Of a DNA stretch of 56,361 nucleotides, positions 25,901 to 35,533 are shown piece after piece. Source of the DNA: a virus. Taxonomy: Duplodnaviria > Caudoviricetes. The notes beneath the pieces were generated by a model. The model saw only the letters and a program-made list of their open reading frames with translations. It was not told where the DNA came from and did no database searches. The stretch's first letter is position 1, and each line of letters opens with the position of its first letter. The stretch spans positions 1 to 56,361 of IMG/VR virus record IMGVR_UViG_3300025674_000049; one strand, written 5' to 3'. The position numbers were made by a program, and so were the translations under genes.

Positions 25901-27029
25901 CTGTTGTGTCAACACTTAGCTCAACATCAATGTCCCAATCGCTGATCGTAAAAATATCCCGAATCGCCCTACTAAAAGATGTGTTTTTATCGCTGCTTGA
26001 GTAAAGGTTGTATACTGTTTGCCCGCCAATTGTGTCAATACCCTGTGAGGTGATCCCACTTCTTGAGCTGTAAACTACTTGTTGTTTACGCCTAACTGCC
26101 CACTTCGATTCGTCTGTTATGCACTTGACTTTCGTCTCACCGTCTTTCTTATAGGGAACTAGCTGCGGCCTGACAATAGGCTCAAAGGTTGGATTGGGTC
26201 GGTATGCAAAATCATTTCCACAGAATCCATAAAGTCCAAACGTTGTCTGGTTAGCTGGCTTTTCAGCTGCTGAAAAATCTGATGTGACACTGCTACCAAC
26301 CTTGATTGCATAAACATTGCTTGAGCTTTCATTCCCAGGATCTTCACTAGCTTGCCTACCGTAAATGCGATCAGATGACTGAATGCGAGTAGTCAAGCCG
26401 CTGGCATAACGCCCATAAATGGTCATTCGGCTGCCTATGGAGTTTGCTGTTGTGCCGAAGTCGTAGCTAGTTAAAGTGTTACCACCAGAAGCAAAATTGC
26501 TAGGCTCAATAGCCGCTATTGGTCCCTCACCGACCAGAAAGATCGCCCGAAGCATTTGCGATCCACCAAGGCTATAAATTTGCGACCAGAGCAGCTGCGT
26601 ATTGACTCGAACGCCACCATAGGCAATAGATGCAATCGTTTCTTTGTTTGTATAAACAAGCGGTATAACTGATCCTAAAGTTGAAATCTCTTGCGTTGAA
26701 TTGAAACCGTATCTTGGTGCAAAGCGTTGGTTTTGTGTTGTTGTTTGGCCGCCGCTACTTGTTGCCCTTAGTTCAGGTGGTCTGCCCGGTTCATTCTGGT
26801 CAAATGAAGGCTTCGGTCTTAGCAGCGTCGAAACAACAACAGTGCCGACGCCAATCACTAAATTAACGATTGCAATCGCTAAAGCAACATCAAAAGTCCC
26901 CGCCACTACGGCAGGTTCAGGAGCTTCTGCGCTGCGCTTTCGTACCTCAGACTTAAACCAGGAATACTCCTCATCCGTTAGCCCCAGCATTGAGGCAAGA
27001 TATTTATCAGACGGGAGTAAATTGCTCAT
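22998..27029 (-). CDS. Tail tip / central baseplate hub protein (lambda gpJ-like)
   Basis: Large ORF with LGSVIPLVY, FFDGVI, LFTAGNI..SF, SVRYREE, PGDYIKV; ATG 27029 overlaps upstream stop. Confidence 0.75.
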   Translation of the reverse strand: MSNLLPSDKYLASMLGLTDEEYSWFKSEVRKRSAEAPEPAVVAGTFDVALAIAIVNLVIGVGTVVVSTLLRPKPSFDQNEPGRPPELRATSSGGQTTTQNQRFAPRYGFNSTQEISTLGSVIPLVYTNKETIASIAYGGVRVNTQLLWSQIYSLGGSQMLRAIFLVGEGPIAAIEPSNFASGGNTLTSYDFGTTANSIGSRMTIYGRYASGLTTRIQSSDRIYGRQASEDPGNESSSNVYAIKVGSSVTSDFSAAEKPANQTTFGLYGFCGNDFAYRPNPTFEPIVRPQLVPYKKDGETKVKCITDESKWAVRRKQQVVYSSRSGITSQGIDTIGGQTVYNLYSSSDKNTSFSRAIRDIFTISDWDIDVELSVDTTGTTLEVENTSSGGNGKIKFKYDDTNNTNSSSGTAALAQQLLNRFTATIKEISEGPGVTPGSVNDWGYVAYSDNLDNSAAREEDIAAIAVKVELNTSSMSLQELQLLKASKFKVTLTNDLIADDPEDDITVIQTHQMTVTSDSFIELSTDNVDENFSISESTFTFTADGATYTALNGVSLQGGLLNEEKVTSASPLNAVYQWSRVPANDTANYYTLVSYINLKDIFAETCEDIAASIAGRQKSWDNSIVIGELYKIGSGLAVCTARTGNPFASNADTELPQSVNATFKTVRTGAVQTNNQADIELDGDDWYDSSSRPSRNTGTTDGHIMRCAIASFSTSRPCGAVEIGIRSRLGIRVNNIAAFNTLKNNKFCDNKACLDYKGNILDEGASLYTTEYRSNTISTQVERYSFFKIYYRQAGASTFTELQYSYGVRGSTSENIFNYFQISFNGDIKIWEFQLEPLSGWEVREERSDNQLYVLEAGLPEQVIGDSGLTVRFNGTAVAGTADTFAISVGRRGSGLDTASVPFQYPQSDASYSNNDLSLIDTWGKLAESFIFDEVVSSASAPEHEVTYVNEIVSNVDNDGNTYAPNYDNLALIGVNISSSVEWQQFSQFSCYVTGGKTCRQLRSSLAVGATHLLPDIVLDLMTNSTYGRGDLITDDMVNFTEFTAAADWCYSRKYFFDGVIADKINIRQWCADVAATHLLIFGESDGKFFLRPALQFDAVAITGLFTAGNIVENSFKLQYFDPEERDPIQVSVRYREERASTNLDNPGMFPTVREVLVRESSASSSVALETIDVSDYCTNRDHAIDAAKFVIRMRRIPTHTISFTTTHEGVLMAMAPGDYIKVGMDATEYDEFNNGVVTPEGALVSTKSLADGSYTVIAWNGDADTTPADTTLVVSNSGKTATPTGVVFTVKLPSTQVRTYQIERITPTEEGTFTIEAVHMPTNSSDILELADGFDNAGNWSIT

Positions 27030-27406
27030 TTCACAAATCGACGATACTGGGATTCTCGCATGGCTCGTGGTGGTAACCAACACACGCCACGCTTGTGATG
27101 GACAACTAGAACCCCGTTCTCTACTACGATACCGACGCCAAGACCGTTTGCGCCATTTTTAAACATGCAAACTGCATACTCTTCCATTTCTGGCAATACC
27201 TCTGTTGCTGCGTTCCATAGCGCCTGCAATTCTTCCCATTTACCAGCAGTTGCTAATTCCATCCACCGGTAATCAAATGGCGGGTGATAAACACCAACTG
27301 AATCCAATATCGCCCAGACCATGACCACACAATCAGCGCCCCGACCATGCTTCGGATGCTCCCCGAATACGTGAGGCAGGCCCACCCAGGGCTTCCAATC
27401 GATCAT
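27026..27406 (-). CDS. NlpC/P60-like tail assembly protein (lambda gpK-like)
   Basis: WVGLPH.FG..GADC motif; gpL-K-J synteny. Confidence 0.7.
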   Translation of the reverse strand: MIDWKPWVGLPHVFGEHPKHGRGADCVVMVWAILDSVGVYHPPFDYRWMELATAGKWEELQALWNAATEVLPEMEEYAVCMFKNGANGLGVGIVVENGVLVVHHKRGVCWLPPRAMRESQYRRFVK

Positions 27407-27879
27407 CAGCTAACTACCAGCGAACCAGATGTTGGTAACGCCCCAACAATTTCGGTATTCAAAACACGCCTTGGAACGTCTGACGCAACAGCATCCAGCG
27501 GTGACGTTAGTTTCAACAGCACCTTCTCTGTATCCATGTCGTAACTAGCGACACGCCATAGCTCAGATCGAATCAGTGCAACATCACTAAAGTTCGTCAC
27601 ATCGAGGCTGACAGTTTTCAAGTCCAATAACCAGCGGCTTTGAACGGCCTCGGCAAAAATGTTCACGCTGATTTCGTTAGTCGCAGCGCCTAGTACTGCT
27701 TCGGATCGGTCGCCGCCTTTACTGCCTGCACCAGTTGAAACAGCAAAGGGAAGAAAGCTGTACGTAACTCCGCCGTACGTCCTCGTTAAATTGACTGAAA
27801 AATTTTGATAGGCGTAAACGGTTGGTGTGGACGAGTCCTGCATAAACCGTGCATAGTTGACGAAGGCAAATGCGCTCAT
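27406..27879 (-). CDS. Minor tail protein (lambda gpL-like)
   Basis: YQNF..Y.FLPF..L.SPLDAV..VPRR.L; directly after the tape measure gene. Confidence 0.65.
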   Translation of the reverse strand: MSAFAFVNYARFMQDSSTPTVYAYQNFSVNLTRTYGGVTYSFLPFAVSTGAGSKGGDRSEAVLGAATNEISVNIFAEAVQSRWLLDLKTVSLDVTNFSDVALIRSELWRVASYDMDTEKVLLKLTSPLDAVASDVPRRVLNTEIVGALPTSGSLVVS

Positions 27880-30800
27880 TAGCTAAGTCCTACCTTTTTT
27901 CTTGTTTTAACACTACCCTGCAGCGCCGAGAGTGTCAGTGATCTGCCGCGTTCAGCAGCTTGCGCCATGCCCTGACGATGCTGTTCCGCCGTAACGTATT
28001 CAACTCCATTGATGACCTGTGACTCAAAGCGTACATTGAGTGGTGCGGGATTACTGATCGCTTGCGCTGTTTCGCGTTCAGCTGCAACTATCGATGATTG
28101 TTCAGCATTACGAGTGAATGGCAAGCTCACTGTTTGCAATTGTTGGAAACTATTGCTGACACTTGAGTTACCACCACGTTGGAAACTGTTGCTGACACTT
28201 GAGTTACCACCACGCTGGAAACTATTACCGCTAGAAAATGCCATATCCGCAGAGCGGGTGTCACGCATCTGTGCTTCTAGGTCTTCGTTTGACGTGATAT
28301 TGCCTTGCTGGAACGGAACAAAAAGCTCCGGCCCACGTTCGCCCACGATGTAAGGCATGTTTGCGCTGACTGGGCCGCCGTTGGCTCTAAACCCACCAAA
28401 ATAACCGCCGCCAAAATCTCCGAGGGAGTTACCTGTAATGCTTGGTGCGCTGGGATTAAACCCAAGGCTACCACCGCCGCCACTTAAACCTGCAAAAACT
28501 CTGGCCAGCCCAATAGCGATATAAGTTGCAATCATCTTTGCAGCTTCCCTAAGCAGGATCTGCCCTATGTCTTTTAAAAAACTAGAAAAGACTTCTTGAG
28601 CTGTCTTTGTGCCTTCAACCAGACCCACAACGCCATCTGTGAGAGCGCTACCCACAGCATCTCCAATACTCTGTGAGACCCGAATTGCCAGCCCCTCGAG
28701 ATCTTCAAGCTCCCGTTTGGCGTCCCCTATGAAATTGGCAATCTTGACGCCAGGCTCAAGCGCTGCTTGAGCACTAGCATCCACAGCAGCAGCTTGCTTT
28801 TCAGCAGCAGCGCGGATACCTGCCCGCTGTTCGGGAGTTGCTTGCTTCAACAAGCGGTTCATTTCCCGCCGAATTTCGAGCTTTTTAAGCTCGGCTTGAA
28901 TCAGCTCGGGAGCGACTCCTTCAGCTCGTAAACTGTTACGCAATCTAAGGTTTTCGATTTCGCGCTCGATGTCCCTTACTTGTAACGCGCTCTGCTGAAT
29001 GAAATTCGTGGCTTCTTCCAGGGCAAGCGCCTTGCGCTTCAGCTCGTTAATTTTCTCGAGATCGGCCTTATACACCTCACTCTGCTTCAGCACGGCATCC
29101 ATCGCACGCTTGCGCTCGCTTTCACTTAACTGTTCGCGCTTAGCGATCCCTGCTTTGATCTCATCCAGCTCGCGGTTAGCAATTGCAATCTGAGCTATGT
29201 TCTCCGCTTCAAGAGCGGTGCGCGCTGGGGCGAAAGCAGCATCAGCGTTGGTTGAAACTGCGTCGTAAGTGAATTTGAGCTCTGCAAGCCGATCCTCGTA
29301 CTGCTCAACTGCAACTTGTGGGAACGCTGCTTTGGCGATGCGCTCAAAGGCTTCCGCAGTCTGTGCTTCGGTGATTGCAACCTGCAACAAACGTACGCGG
29401 TCCATGGCGCTAGCCACGTTACGCACAGCTTCGGCGTAGCGTTGCGTAGTAGCAGCTGCATCAGGAAGCTCAGTTTTTGCAGTGGAAGCTGTCTGGTTTC
29501 CGCTAGCAGGAGCAGCTTGTCCCTCAAGTGGGCTAGCTGTCGATTCTATGCTCCCGTGAAGGAAAACATTGCCTGTTTTAAGCGAAGTAGCTTGGACGCC
29601 GCCCGCACCACCTGAAAAGGGCGTACCTACAGGTGTAGGGACGAGCGTGCCAGCAGGTACAGCAATGTCAATAGCACCACCACCAGAGCGCCTGCCGTGC
29701 ACTTCCTGCTCTCGGGCCAGTGCTTTACGCAGCTCGGCCTCGTCAAACATGTTCTTAACATCGATCTTGGCATTGCTCAGCTGGATGTATTCAAGTCCCT
29801 GACCTTGCCAAGCCTTGATGATGGCGGTTGCCTCATCAATGACAGCCTGCTTATTGCCGGTTGGGCTTCGTATGTCAAGGTGGGGTCCGGTGCTACGCCC
29901 TGTGTTTCCAACCAGGAAACCAGCAGATACACCAGGGGCAGCGGGTGTAGTACCCCCGGCCGCCCGTTGCCGCGCATCGGCAGATTTTTGCTCATGATCC
30001 GCGGACTTTTTGCGAAGTTCTGCGATCTTCTTCTCAGTCTCGTAACGATAGTCGCTGATGCTTTTTTCTAAATTTGCGAGCTCAATCACAAGTGTCTTCT
30101 TGGCCGCCTCGATTTGAAGCTCTCCACGCTCTCGGGTGGCGATGTAGTTGTCGAGGGCTTCCAGAGCAGCACGAGAAGCACCTTCTTCTCCTTCGAGAAG
30201 CTTGGCGTTGGCCTTTTCGATCTGCTTGATGCGGATCGCGCCGGCGAGGCGGAAAATTTCGACTTCTTTTTGGGCTAAAGACTGGCGCTGTCCGAATAGG
30301 TCGTTGTCGTACTTGCGACGGAGCTCAAAAATCTCTTTCTCGAGATTGACGCGCTGGTTGGCCAGGAGCTTGACGTCCTTTTCACCCTGTTCGCGATCAC
30401 GTTCAGCATCTACCCCTTTGAGCAGCTCTTCAATTGCGGCTTCTTCAGCTCCTAGTCGTTTCAGTTTTGCACGGGCGAGTTCCTCAAAACGCCCTAATTC
30501 GGAGCCAGATATGGCGGACAAGAACTCACCGAAACTCTGAATACCGGGCTTAAGCTCTTCCTTTACTTTTTTTATTTTATTGCGTACCTCTTCTAACTTA
30601 TCTATATTGCGACTATAATTAGCATTGACAATAGCTAGCTCAAAATCACGAGCTGCTTTAGTGGCACTACTAGCTTCATCCCCCACATCTTTGTACGTGG
30701 TTTGCAAACGACGTAGCGCTTCAGCTGCTCGCTCGTTCGAGCGTTGATTTTCTTGTCCGCGTCGATAACGTCCAAAGAGGTCTATAAGGGCGGATAAGCC

Positions 30801-32723
30801 CACCTGAATGAGAGCTATCCAGCCCAGCGACTTAATAATAGATAGACCGGCGGCTTTAGCACTGGCTCCAAGGCCACGGAAGCTAGCAGCGGTTAGATTT
30901 AATTTAGTGCCTGCACCTACTGCTTGTTTACCAACAGTAACTAGTTCGACGCTTAATGCCTTAAGTGCAGCACCCACAGCTGGAATAATCGTAGCCGGGC
31001 CTACAAGTGCTGTAGCCAGTCCGGCAAGTAGAAGTATTAACTTACCTAGTGATACAATTACTGCTGCAATGGCAGCTACAAGTACACCTAACGTAGTACC
31101 TAAACCACCTACCGCAGGGATGACACTGCCAAAAATAAAACGAACGAATAGCGCTAACTGAGTTAGCGCGTCGAGCCCTACGCGCTTGAGGAGACCAAGA
31201 ACAGCAGCAACCTCGGAGAAATACTGGACGATGGGGGTGTTGAGGAAGCGCGCATAGAGGTTGAATACGGTCGCAAGGCTCGGGGCCAACGCACCTACGA
31301 CGCTGGCGATATTAGCGAGGGCGGACGCAAGCGCCTCAAAGGTGCCGACTTTGATCCTGACGAAAGCTTCAGCAATGTTTTTGAACGCATCAACAAGGAT
31401 CAGCGCAGTAGGTTTTAAAGCCTCAATCGCCTGGGCCAGCGCACCAACAGTGCGTTGAGCGACTTCTTCAAGCTTGGTAAACCCACGTTGCGCTACATCG
31501 GCGGCTGCAGCAGCCGCTTTGCTCGGATCGCCGGAGCCTATACCTGTGCGGCCGGCAGTGAGTCCGACAACGAGGCGACCGGCAGTCCCAATAGTCTTTC
31601 CAGCCGCAGAAGCAATATCAAAAAGCTGCTTGCGAATGCCAAATAGCGATTCAAAAACAGCAGATAGGCCAGCAAGCAGAGGATCGAGTAACCCACGCCC
31701 GAAGTTCTGACCGATCAGCTCCCCGAGATCGGCGATGTTAGAGACAACACCTGAGAAGCCCTCGGCAGCGATCTTTTGCCCTGCTACGGCAGCGGCGAGA
31801 CGCTCTTCAAGGAACTTTACTACTCCGCCAGAAGCTGTTTTTGCTTTTCTAATATCTTCGCTTCCAATACCTAGGGCTTTAGCTAGGTACGAATCCGGGC
31901 CGATGTCAGCACGAAGAATAGAACCAACTTCTTGACGAGCCTGATAAAGAGGAAGACCAAAAGTACCAAGTGCCGCAGCAAAACTAATCGCGAGATCTTC
32001 AGCTTCTTTTAGCCCGCCGCCAATCATGCCTATTTGCGAAGAGACAATACCGAAGACTTCAATAACCTCGTTGGAGGTCACGCCAGCCAGCGCGATAGAT
32101 CGTTCTCGGATCGAATCAACATTTTTCTTTACTGCACCAGTCAGTGTGACAATTTTTTGGTACGGATCTGTGATTTCTTTACCGTTAGCAAATACTTTAT
32201 TGGTAGATGCGAGTGTTGTTTGCGTTTTGAGAATAGTCTCGCGCAGCTTTATTTCACGACCGATTGTGTTGTTAAAAAAGCCGTTCCATGCAGACTGGAG
32301 AATGCCTACAGCTTCTTTTACTGCAAATGTAGCAAGACCTAATTTTGCGAGTACAGTAAGCAACGCGTTGCCTTTAGACGCGGCTAGCTGGAAGCTATTG
32401 GCAAGAATGTTGCCTGCTTTTGCAGATTCTTTTAAGTTAATACCTGTTTTAGCTGCTGCTGCGGAGCTCTTAGCTAGCTTTTCAAATTGTTCAACTTTGT
32501 CACTTAGACCTGGAACGTTTTTACTAATCCGGTAAAATGTTTTAATGTTGTTTGTTGCTGATTTTATATCACTGGTGACACTGCTTAGCCCTTTATTAAG
32601 CGAGCGTAAGTCGATATTAAGCTTGCGCTCTCTTGTGGCTTTATCCGCTACCTGCGCTACTTGATTTAGCTCACGTTGAGCAGCCTTAGTGTCAGCTATT
32701 ACGTTGAGCCGGAAATCAGACAC
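27879..32723 (-). CDS. Tail tape measure protein with an embedded M23-like peptidase segment
   Basis: 1614 aa, Ala/Gly-rich coiled coil with hydrophobic stretches; RANGGPV..YIVGERGPELFVP near the C-terminus; GNTGRSTGPHL motif. Confidence 0.9.
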   Translation of the reverse strand: MSDFRLNVIADTKAAQRELNQVAQVADKATRERKLNIDLRSLNKGLSSVTSDIKSATNNIKTFYRISKNVPGLSDKVEQFEKLAKSSAAAAKTGINLKESAKAGNILANSFQLAASKGNALLTVLAKLGLATFAVKEAVGILQSAWNGFFNNTIGREIKLRETILKTQTTLASTNKVFANGKEITDPYQKIVTLTGAVKKNVDSIRERSIALAGVTSNEVIEVFGIVSSQIGMIGGGLKEAEDLAISFAAALGTFGLPLYQARQEVGSILRADIGPDSYLAKALGIGSEDIRKAKTASGGVVKFLEERLAAAVAGQKIAAEGFSGVVSNIADLGELIGQNFGRGLLDPLLAGLSAVFESLFGIRKQLFDIASAAGKTIGTAGRLVVGLTAGRTGIGSGDPSKAAAAAADVAQRGFTKLEEVAQRTVGALAQAIEALKPTALILVDAFKNIAEAFVRIKVGTFEALASALANIASVVGALAPSLATVFNLYARFLNTPIVQYFSEVAAVLGLLKRVGLDALTQLALFVRFIFGSVIPAVGGLGTTLGVLVAAIAAVIVSLGKLILLLAGLATALVGPATIIPAVGAALKALSVELVTVGKQAVGAGTKLNLTAASFRGLGASAKAAGLSIIKSLGWIALIQVGLSALIDLFGRYRRGQENQRSNERAAEALRRLQTTYKDVGDEASSATKAARDFELAIVNANYSRNIDKLEEVRNKIKKVKEELKPGIQSFGEFLSAISGSELGRFEELARAKLKRLGAEEAAIEELLKGVDAERDREQGEKDVKLLANQRVNLEKEIFELRRKYDNDLFGQRQSLAQKEVEIFRLAGAIRIKQIEKANAKLLEGEEGASRAALEALDNYIATRERGELQIEAAKKTLVIELANLEKSISDYRYETEKKIAELRKKSADHEQKSADARQRAAGGTTPAAPGVSAGFLVGNTGRSTGPHLDIRSPTGNKQAVIDEATAIIKAWQGQGLEYIQLSNAKIDVKNMFDEAELRKALAREQEVHGRRSGGGAIDIAVPAGTLVPTPVGTPFSGGAGGVQATSLKTGNVFLHGSIESTASPLEGQAAPASGNQTASTAKTELPDAAATTQRYAEAVRNVASAMDRVRLLQVAITEAQTAEAFERIAKAAFPQVAVEQYEDRLAELKFTYDAVSTNADAAFAPARTALEAENIAQIAIANRELDEIKAGIAKREQLSESERKRAMDAVLKQSEVYKADLEKINELKRKALALEEATNFIQQSALQVRDIEREIENLRLRNSLRAEGVAPELIQAELKKLEIRREMNRLLKQATPEQRAGIRAAAEKQAAAVDASAQAALEPGVKIANFIGDAKRELEDLEGLAIRVSQSIGDAVGSALTDGVVGLVEGTKTAQEVFSSFLKDIGQILLREAAKMIATYIAIGLARVFAGLSGGGGSLGFNPSAPSITGNSLGDFGGGYFGGFRANGGPVSANMPYIVGERGPELFVPFQQGNITSNEDLEAQMRDTRSADMAFSSGNSFQRGGNSSVSNSFQRGGNSSVSNSFQQLQTVSLPFTRNAEQSSIVAAERETAQAISNPAPLNVRFESQVINGVEYVTAEQHRQGMAQAAERGRSLTLSALQGSVKTRKKVGLS
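28143..28226. repeat. 36-bp tandem duplication in the tape measure gene
   Basis: NSFQRGGNSSVS twice plus a partial third copy. Confidence 0.85.
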
Positions 32724-32747
32724 GAGACACTATGCGCTACTCGTATG

Positions 32748-33230
32748 TTACGCAGAATCGGAAGCGCTAGCTGCTAACGCGGCGTAGACATGCAAAGGAA
32801 CCTGGCGTGTACGAACGAGCTCGGACAGAATGAACTTGGTGGGCGCATCGGGGCCATCGGCAGTAGCAGCCTCAGGCTTCCAATCAGGGAAGGGGAGAAA
32901 CTCGCGGGGCTGGATCTTGGGTGCAGGTCGTTTAGACCCGGAAAACCCATGAGCAACCTGTATAAGCACACCGGTGAGGCGCGCTGCGGTCACGCTATGT
33001 GTATTGGCACGTGCACAGTCATGGTCGTCGATCTGCCGCAGCAGCCAGCGAATTGTGCTGATTGGAGTACGAAGAAAGCGCTCGGGGGTGAAATCACCTC
33101 CGATAGCAGAGGACCGAACTCGGAAATAGACCGCGTCCCAGTCCGCCAGTGGAGCCCGAAGCGTGTCCTCGGCATCCTTCAGTATTTGCTCGGGGCTTAA
33201 CTCGGCTCTTCGGGCTCCGGGGCGTTTCCC
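32748..33230 (-). CDS. Tail assembly chaperone, frameshifted extension (gpT-like)
   Basis: Lies in the -1 frame relative to 33197..33733, entered via G-GGA-AAC at 33230-33224; immediately upstream of the tape measure gene. Confidence 0.75.
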   Translation of the reverse strand, partial: GKRPGARRAELSPEQILKDAEDTLRAPLADWDAVYFRVRSSAIGGDFTPERFLRTPISTIRWLLRQIDDHDCARANTHSVTAARLTGVLIQVAHGFSGSKRPAPKIQPREFLPFPDWKPEAATADGPDAPTKFILSELVRTRQVPLHVYAALAASASDSA

Positions 33231-33733
33231 TCCGACTTTGGCCAACCATCGCGCTCCCAGGTAACCAGCTCGAAGATCTTCTCCATTAAGCGTCCAGGAA
33301 TCGCCTCGGTGTCGGCCTCAGTCCAGTCGGAGAGCTTTTGCCAATCCTTCGTACGAGTGCCTGGACTTCCGAGTAATTTTGCTTCGCCGCGATACTGCAT
33401 GAAAAGCGTAACAAAAGCGATTTGCTGCTCTACTGCACCGACCGAATCACGCTGTAGCTCTTCAAGTTCGCTGGCATAATCGTACAGGAGCTCCTGATTC
33501 TCTTCATCAGAACTACCAAGAAGCTCAATTGCTTCTTTTGTTGTAATTTTCTTATCTTGTGCTATACGCTTAGCAAGTTTAAGCGAACGGAATGTCGATT
33601 TGGATTGTTTACGACCTATCGCTTCAATACCCTTAGCTTCACCCGGGACGAGGTCGTGATACACCGGAAACCGGAAAGGACCAATCTCGTGGTACTCCTC
33701 AGGTGAAAAGAGCAGAGACGCGTACTTAGACAT
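33197..33733 (-). CDS. Tail assembly chaperone (gpG-like)
   Basis: Between the tail tube and tape measure genes; slippery GGGAAAC near the 3' end. Confidence 0.75.
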   Translation of the reverse strand: MSKYASLLFSPEEYHEIGPFRFPVYHDLVPGEAKGIEAIGRKQSKSTFRSLKLAKRIAQDKKITTKEAIELLGSSDEENQELLYDYASELEELQRDSVGAVEQQIAFVTLFMQYRGEAKLLGSPGTRTKDWQKLSDWTEADTEAIPGRLMEKIFELVTWERDGWPKSEGNAPEPEEPS

Positions 33734-33959
33734 GGACTAAAGGGAGATCGATGGACCACGACCTGAAAGGCTCGGGTTGATTAACGAGCTCGTCAGGCAA
33801 TTCAACCATAACGCTAGCAGTTTCATACGCTAGGCGTATAGACTTGAATGGGATCAGGGGTTCCAGGAACAGGGCGCCGCAGTGCAATGCGTCGTCTTGT
33901 TCTTGGCAATTCACCGCATACACCATGTGGGCGGCGTCCATCAGAAGGTCGTGTTGCAT
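33726..33959 (-). CDS. Hypothetical protein
   Basis: 77-aa ORF overlapping the chaperone start. Confidence 0.6.
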   Translation of the reverse strand: MQHDLLMDAAHMVYAVNCQEQDDALHCGALFLEPLIPFKSIRLAYETASVMVELPDELVNQPEPFRSWSIDLPLVHV

Positions 33960-33969
33960 CGGATTGCGT

Positions 33970-33998
33970 AAAAAAAAAAGCCCTGCAAAAGCAGGGCT
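33970..33998 (-). terminator. Intrinsic terminator after the major tail protein gene
   Basis: AGCCCTGC-TTTT-GCAGGGCT followed by a T-run. Confidence 0.85.
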
Positions 33999-34027
33999 AA
34001 AGGATTGGCTCCTCCTCAGTCTGACGG

Positions 34028-35047
34028 TTAAGCGGTCTTGAAGAGGCTTGTGAAACCTTCAAGTGAGAAAAGCACACCAGATGCAGAAGGGTTACCGCTG
34101 CCATCGAGGGCCTGCTTGATGGCTCCGTCTGCCACACGGAGGCGGTAGATGGTGTCAGCAGCCAGGTCGGCAGTGGGGTTGATAGTGACCACGTTGCCCC
34201 CGACACCGCCCAAGGTGACAGTGGCAGGTGCAAGGACGCCGGTGTCTGCAACCTCGAGGCGGAAGCCACCTCCATCGGTTTGGCCCAGGTTGAGCTGCGC
34301 GAGAGCAGTCGCACCGTCGCTGGTGTAAGTGACAGTGAGGTTGTCGCCCACAGCGATCGAGTCCGCGTTAGCTGCGGGAACCACGGCGTAGCGGCGATCA
34401 CCGGAGCCGGCTGCAGTGAACAGCAAGCTGGACTGCACCCCACCAAAGGCGAGCTGCGTGGAGCCGGCGTCATAACGGCCAAATACTGGACGTCCTCGGG
34501 ACATTAGGTCAAAGGACACCTCAGTGAGACCTTCGGCTGTGAGGTTTTCGTTGTAATTCATCACCACGGCGTTGAAGCCGGTGAAGTCATACATGTAGTT
34601 GCCGGACTCACCGTAAGCCTGACCGAGCTCCTTCAGAAACTCGACGTAGATCTCGAAATCCTTGTTGTAGCGGGCTTTTTCGATGAGGCTGAAACCTTCT
34701 TCGTAAGCACCGCGGAACTGGGGACAGTTCTGGCCGGCAGGGGTTTCTGTGTTCTTCAGGAAGTAGGCAGTCACAGATGCCTGCACCGTGGAACTGGTGA
34801 TCAGCGAATCACCCCAGCCATCGTCACCCAGGAGACGGAACTCCTGGTTGTTGTCGTTGATGGCGAAGCTGGTGTTGCTCACACCTTGCATCTCGACGTA
34901 TCTCGAGCCTGCGTCAAGGGAGGGCAGGGTAATCAGGCCGGCGGTGTCGCGCGTAGCGAAATAACGGCAGGGTGGGGTCAGGTCCACGGCGCGGACAAGG
35001 GTCCGGTGAGCCTTGTGGAAAGACAGCCCGATGGCATAATCAGCCAT
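34028..35047 (-). CDS. Major tail (tube) protein with a C-terminal Ig-like domain
   Basis: Tube-like N-terminal part; C-terminal VVTINPTADLAADTIYRLRV..GAIK Big_5-like pattern; followed by a terminator. Confidence 0.8.
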   Translation of the reverse strand: MADYAIGLSFHKAHRTLVRAVDLTPPCRYFATRDTAGLITLPSLDAGSRYVEMQGVSNTSFAINDNNQEFRLLGDDGWGDSLITSSTVQASVTAYFLKNTETPAGQNCPQFRGAYEEGFSLIEKARYNKDFEIYVEFLKELGQAYGESGNYMYDFTGFNAVVMNYNENLTAEGLTEVSFDLMSRGRPVFGRYDAGSTQLAFGGVQSSLLFTAAGSGDRRYAVVPAANADSIAVGDNLTVTYTSDGATALAQLNLGQTDGGGFRLEVADTGVLAPATVTLGGVGGNVVTINPTADLAADTIYRLRVADGAIKQALDGSGNPSASGVLFSLEGFTSLFKTA

Positions 35048-35059
35048 GGTTTGTACTCC

Positions 35060-35533
35060 TTAGGGGATCGGGGGGTTGAGAACGGGCCCAAGAATGGACA
35101 CCGTCAAGGCCTCATAGGTGGCCTCAGTCCGGGGCGTGGGGGTAGCACGGTCCCGGGGGAAAACGCGAGCCAAACGTCTGCTGATGTCCAGCAGGGTGGT
35201 TGCCATACGTGTTCCCTTTTGCGTGCCATAGTTGGTAAAACGAATCGGCCAGCGCTCGAAGGACACAACGGCTCCGACAGAGCCGGGTGAAGTGATCTCA
35301 GGCATGTCCGAAATCGTGCACTCGATACCGGTGACTACCCAGTCAGAAGGCACCATGTAGGCCCCAACGACGTAAACCGCTGGGATACGGGTGCCGTTAG
35401 GCAGTGAGTAGTACCCCGGCCAGTCAGCCTCAGGACGCAAAGTGGTTCCGTCGCTCTCGTAAAGGTTCAGGATGTAGCGCTCGATTGTCGTGCGTACATC
35501 TCGGACCTGAGGGCATGCGGTGCTGACAGTCAT
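35060..35533 (-). CDS. Putative tail terminator/completion protein
   Basis: ATG 35533 (MTVSTAC) overlaps upstream stop; synteny. Confidence 0.55.
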   Translation of the reverse strand: MTVSTACPQVRDVRTTIERYILNLYESDGTTLRPEADWPGYYSLPNGTRIPAVYVVGAYMVPSDWVVTGIECTISDMPEITSPGSVGAVVSFERWPIRFTNYGTQKGTRMATTLLDISRRLARVFPRDRATPTPRTEATYEALTVSILGPVLNPPIP

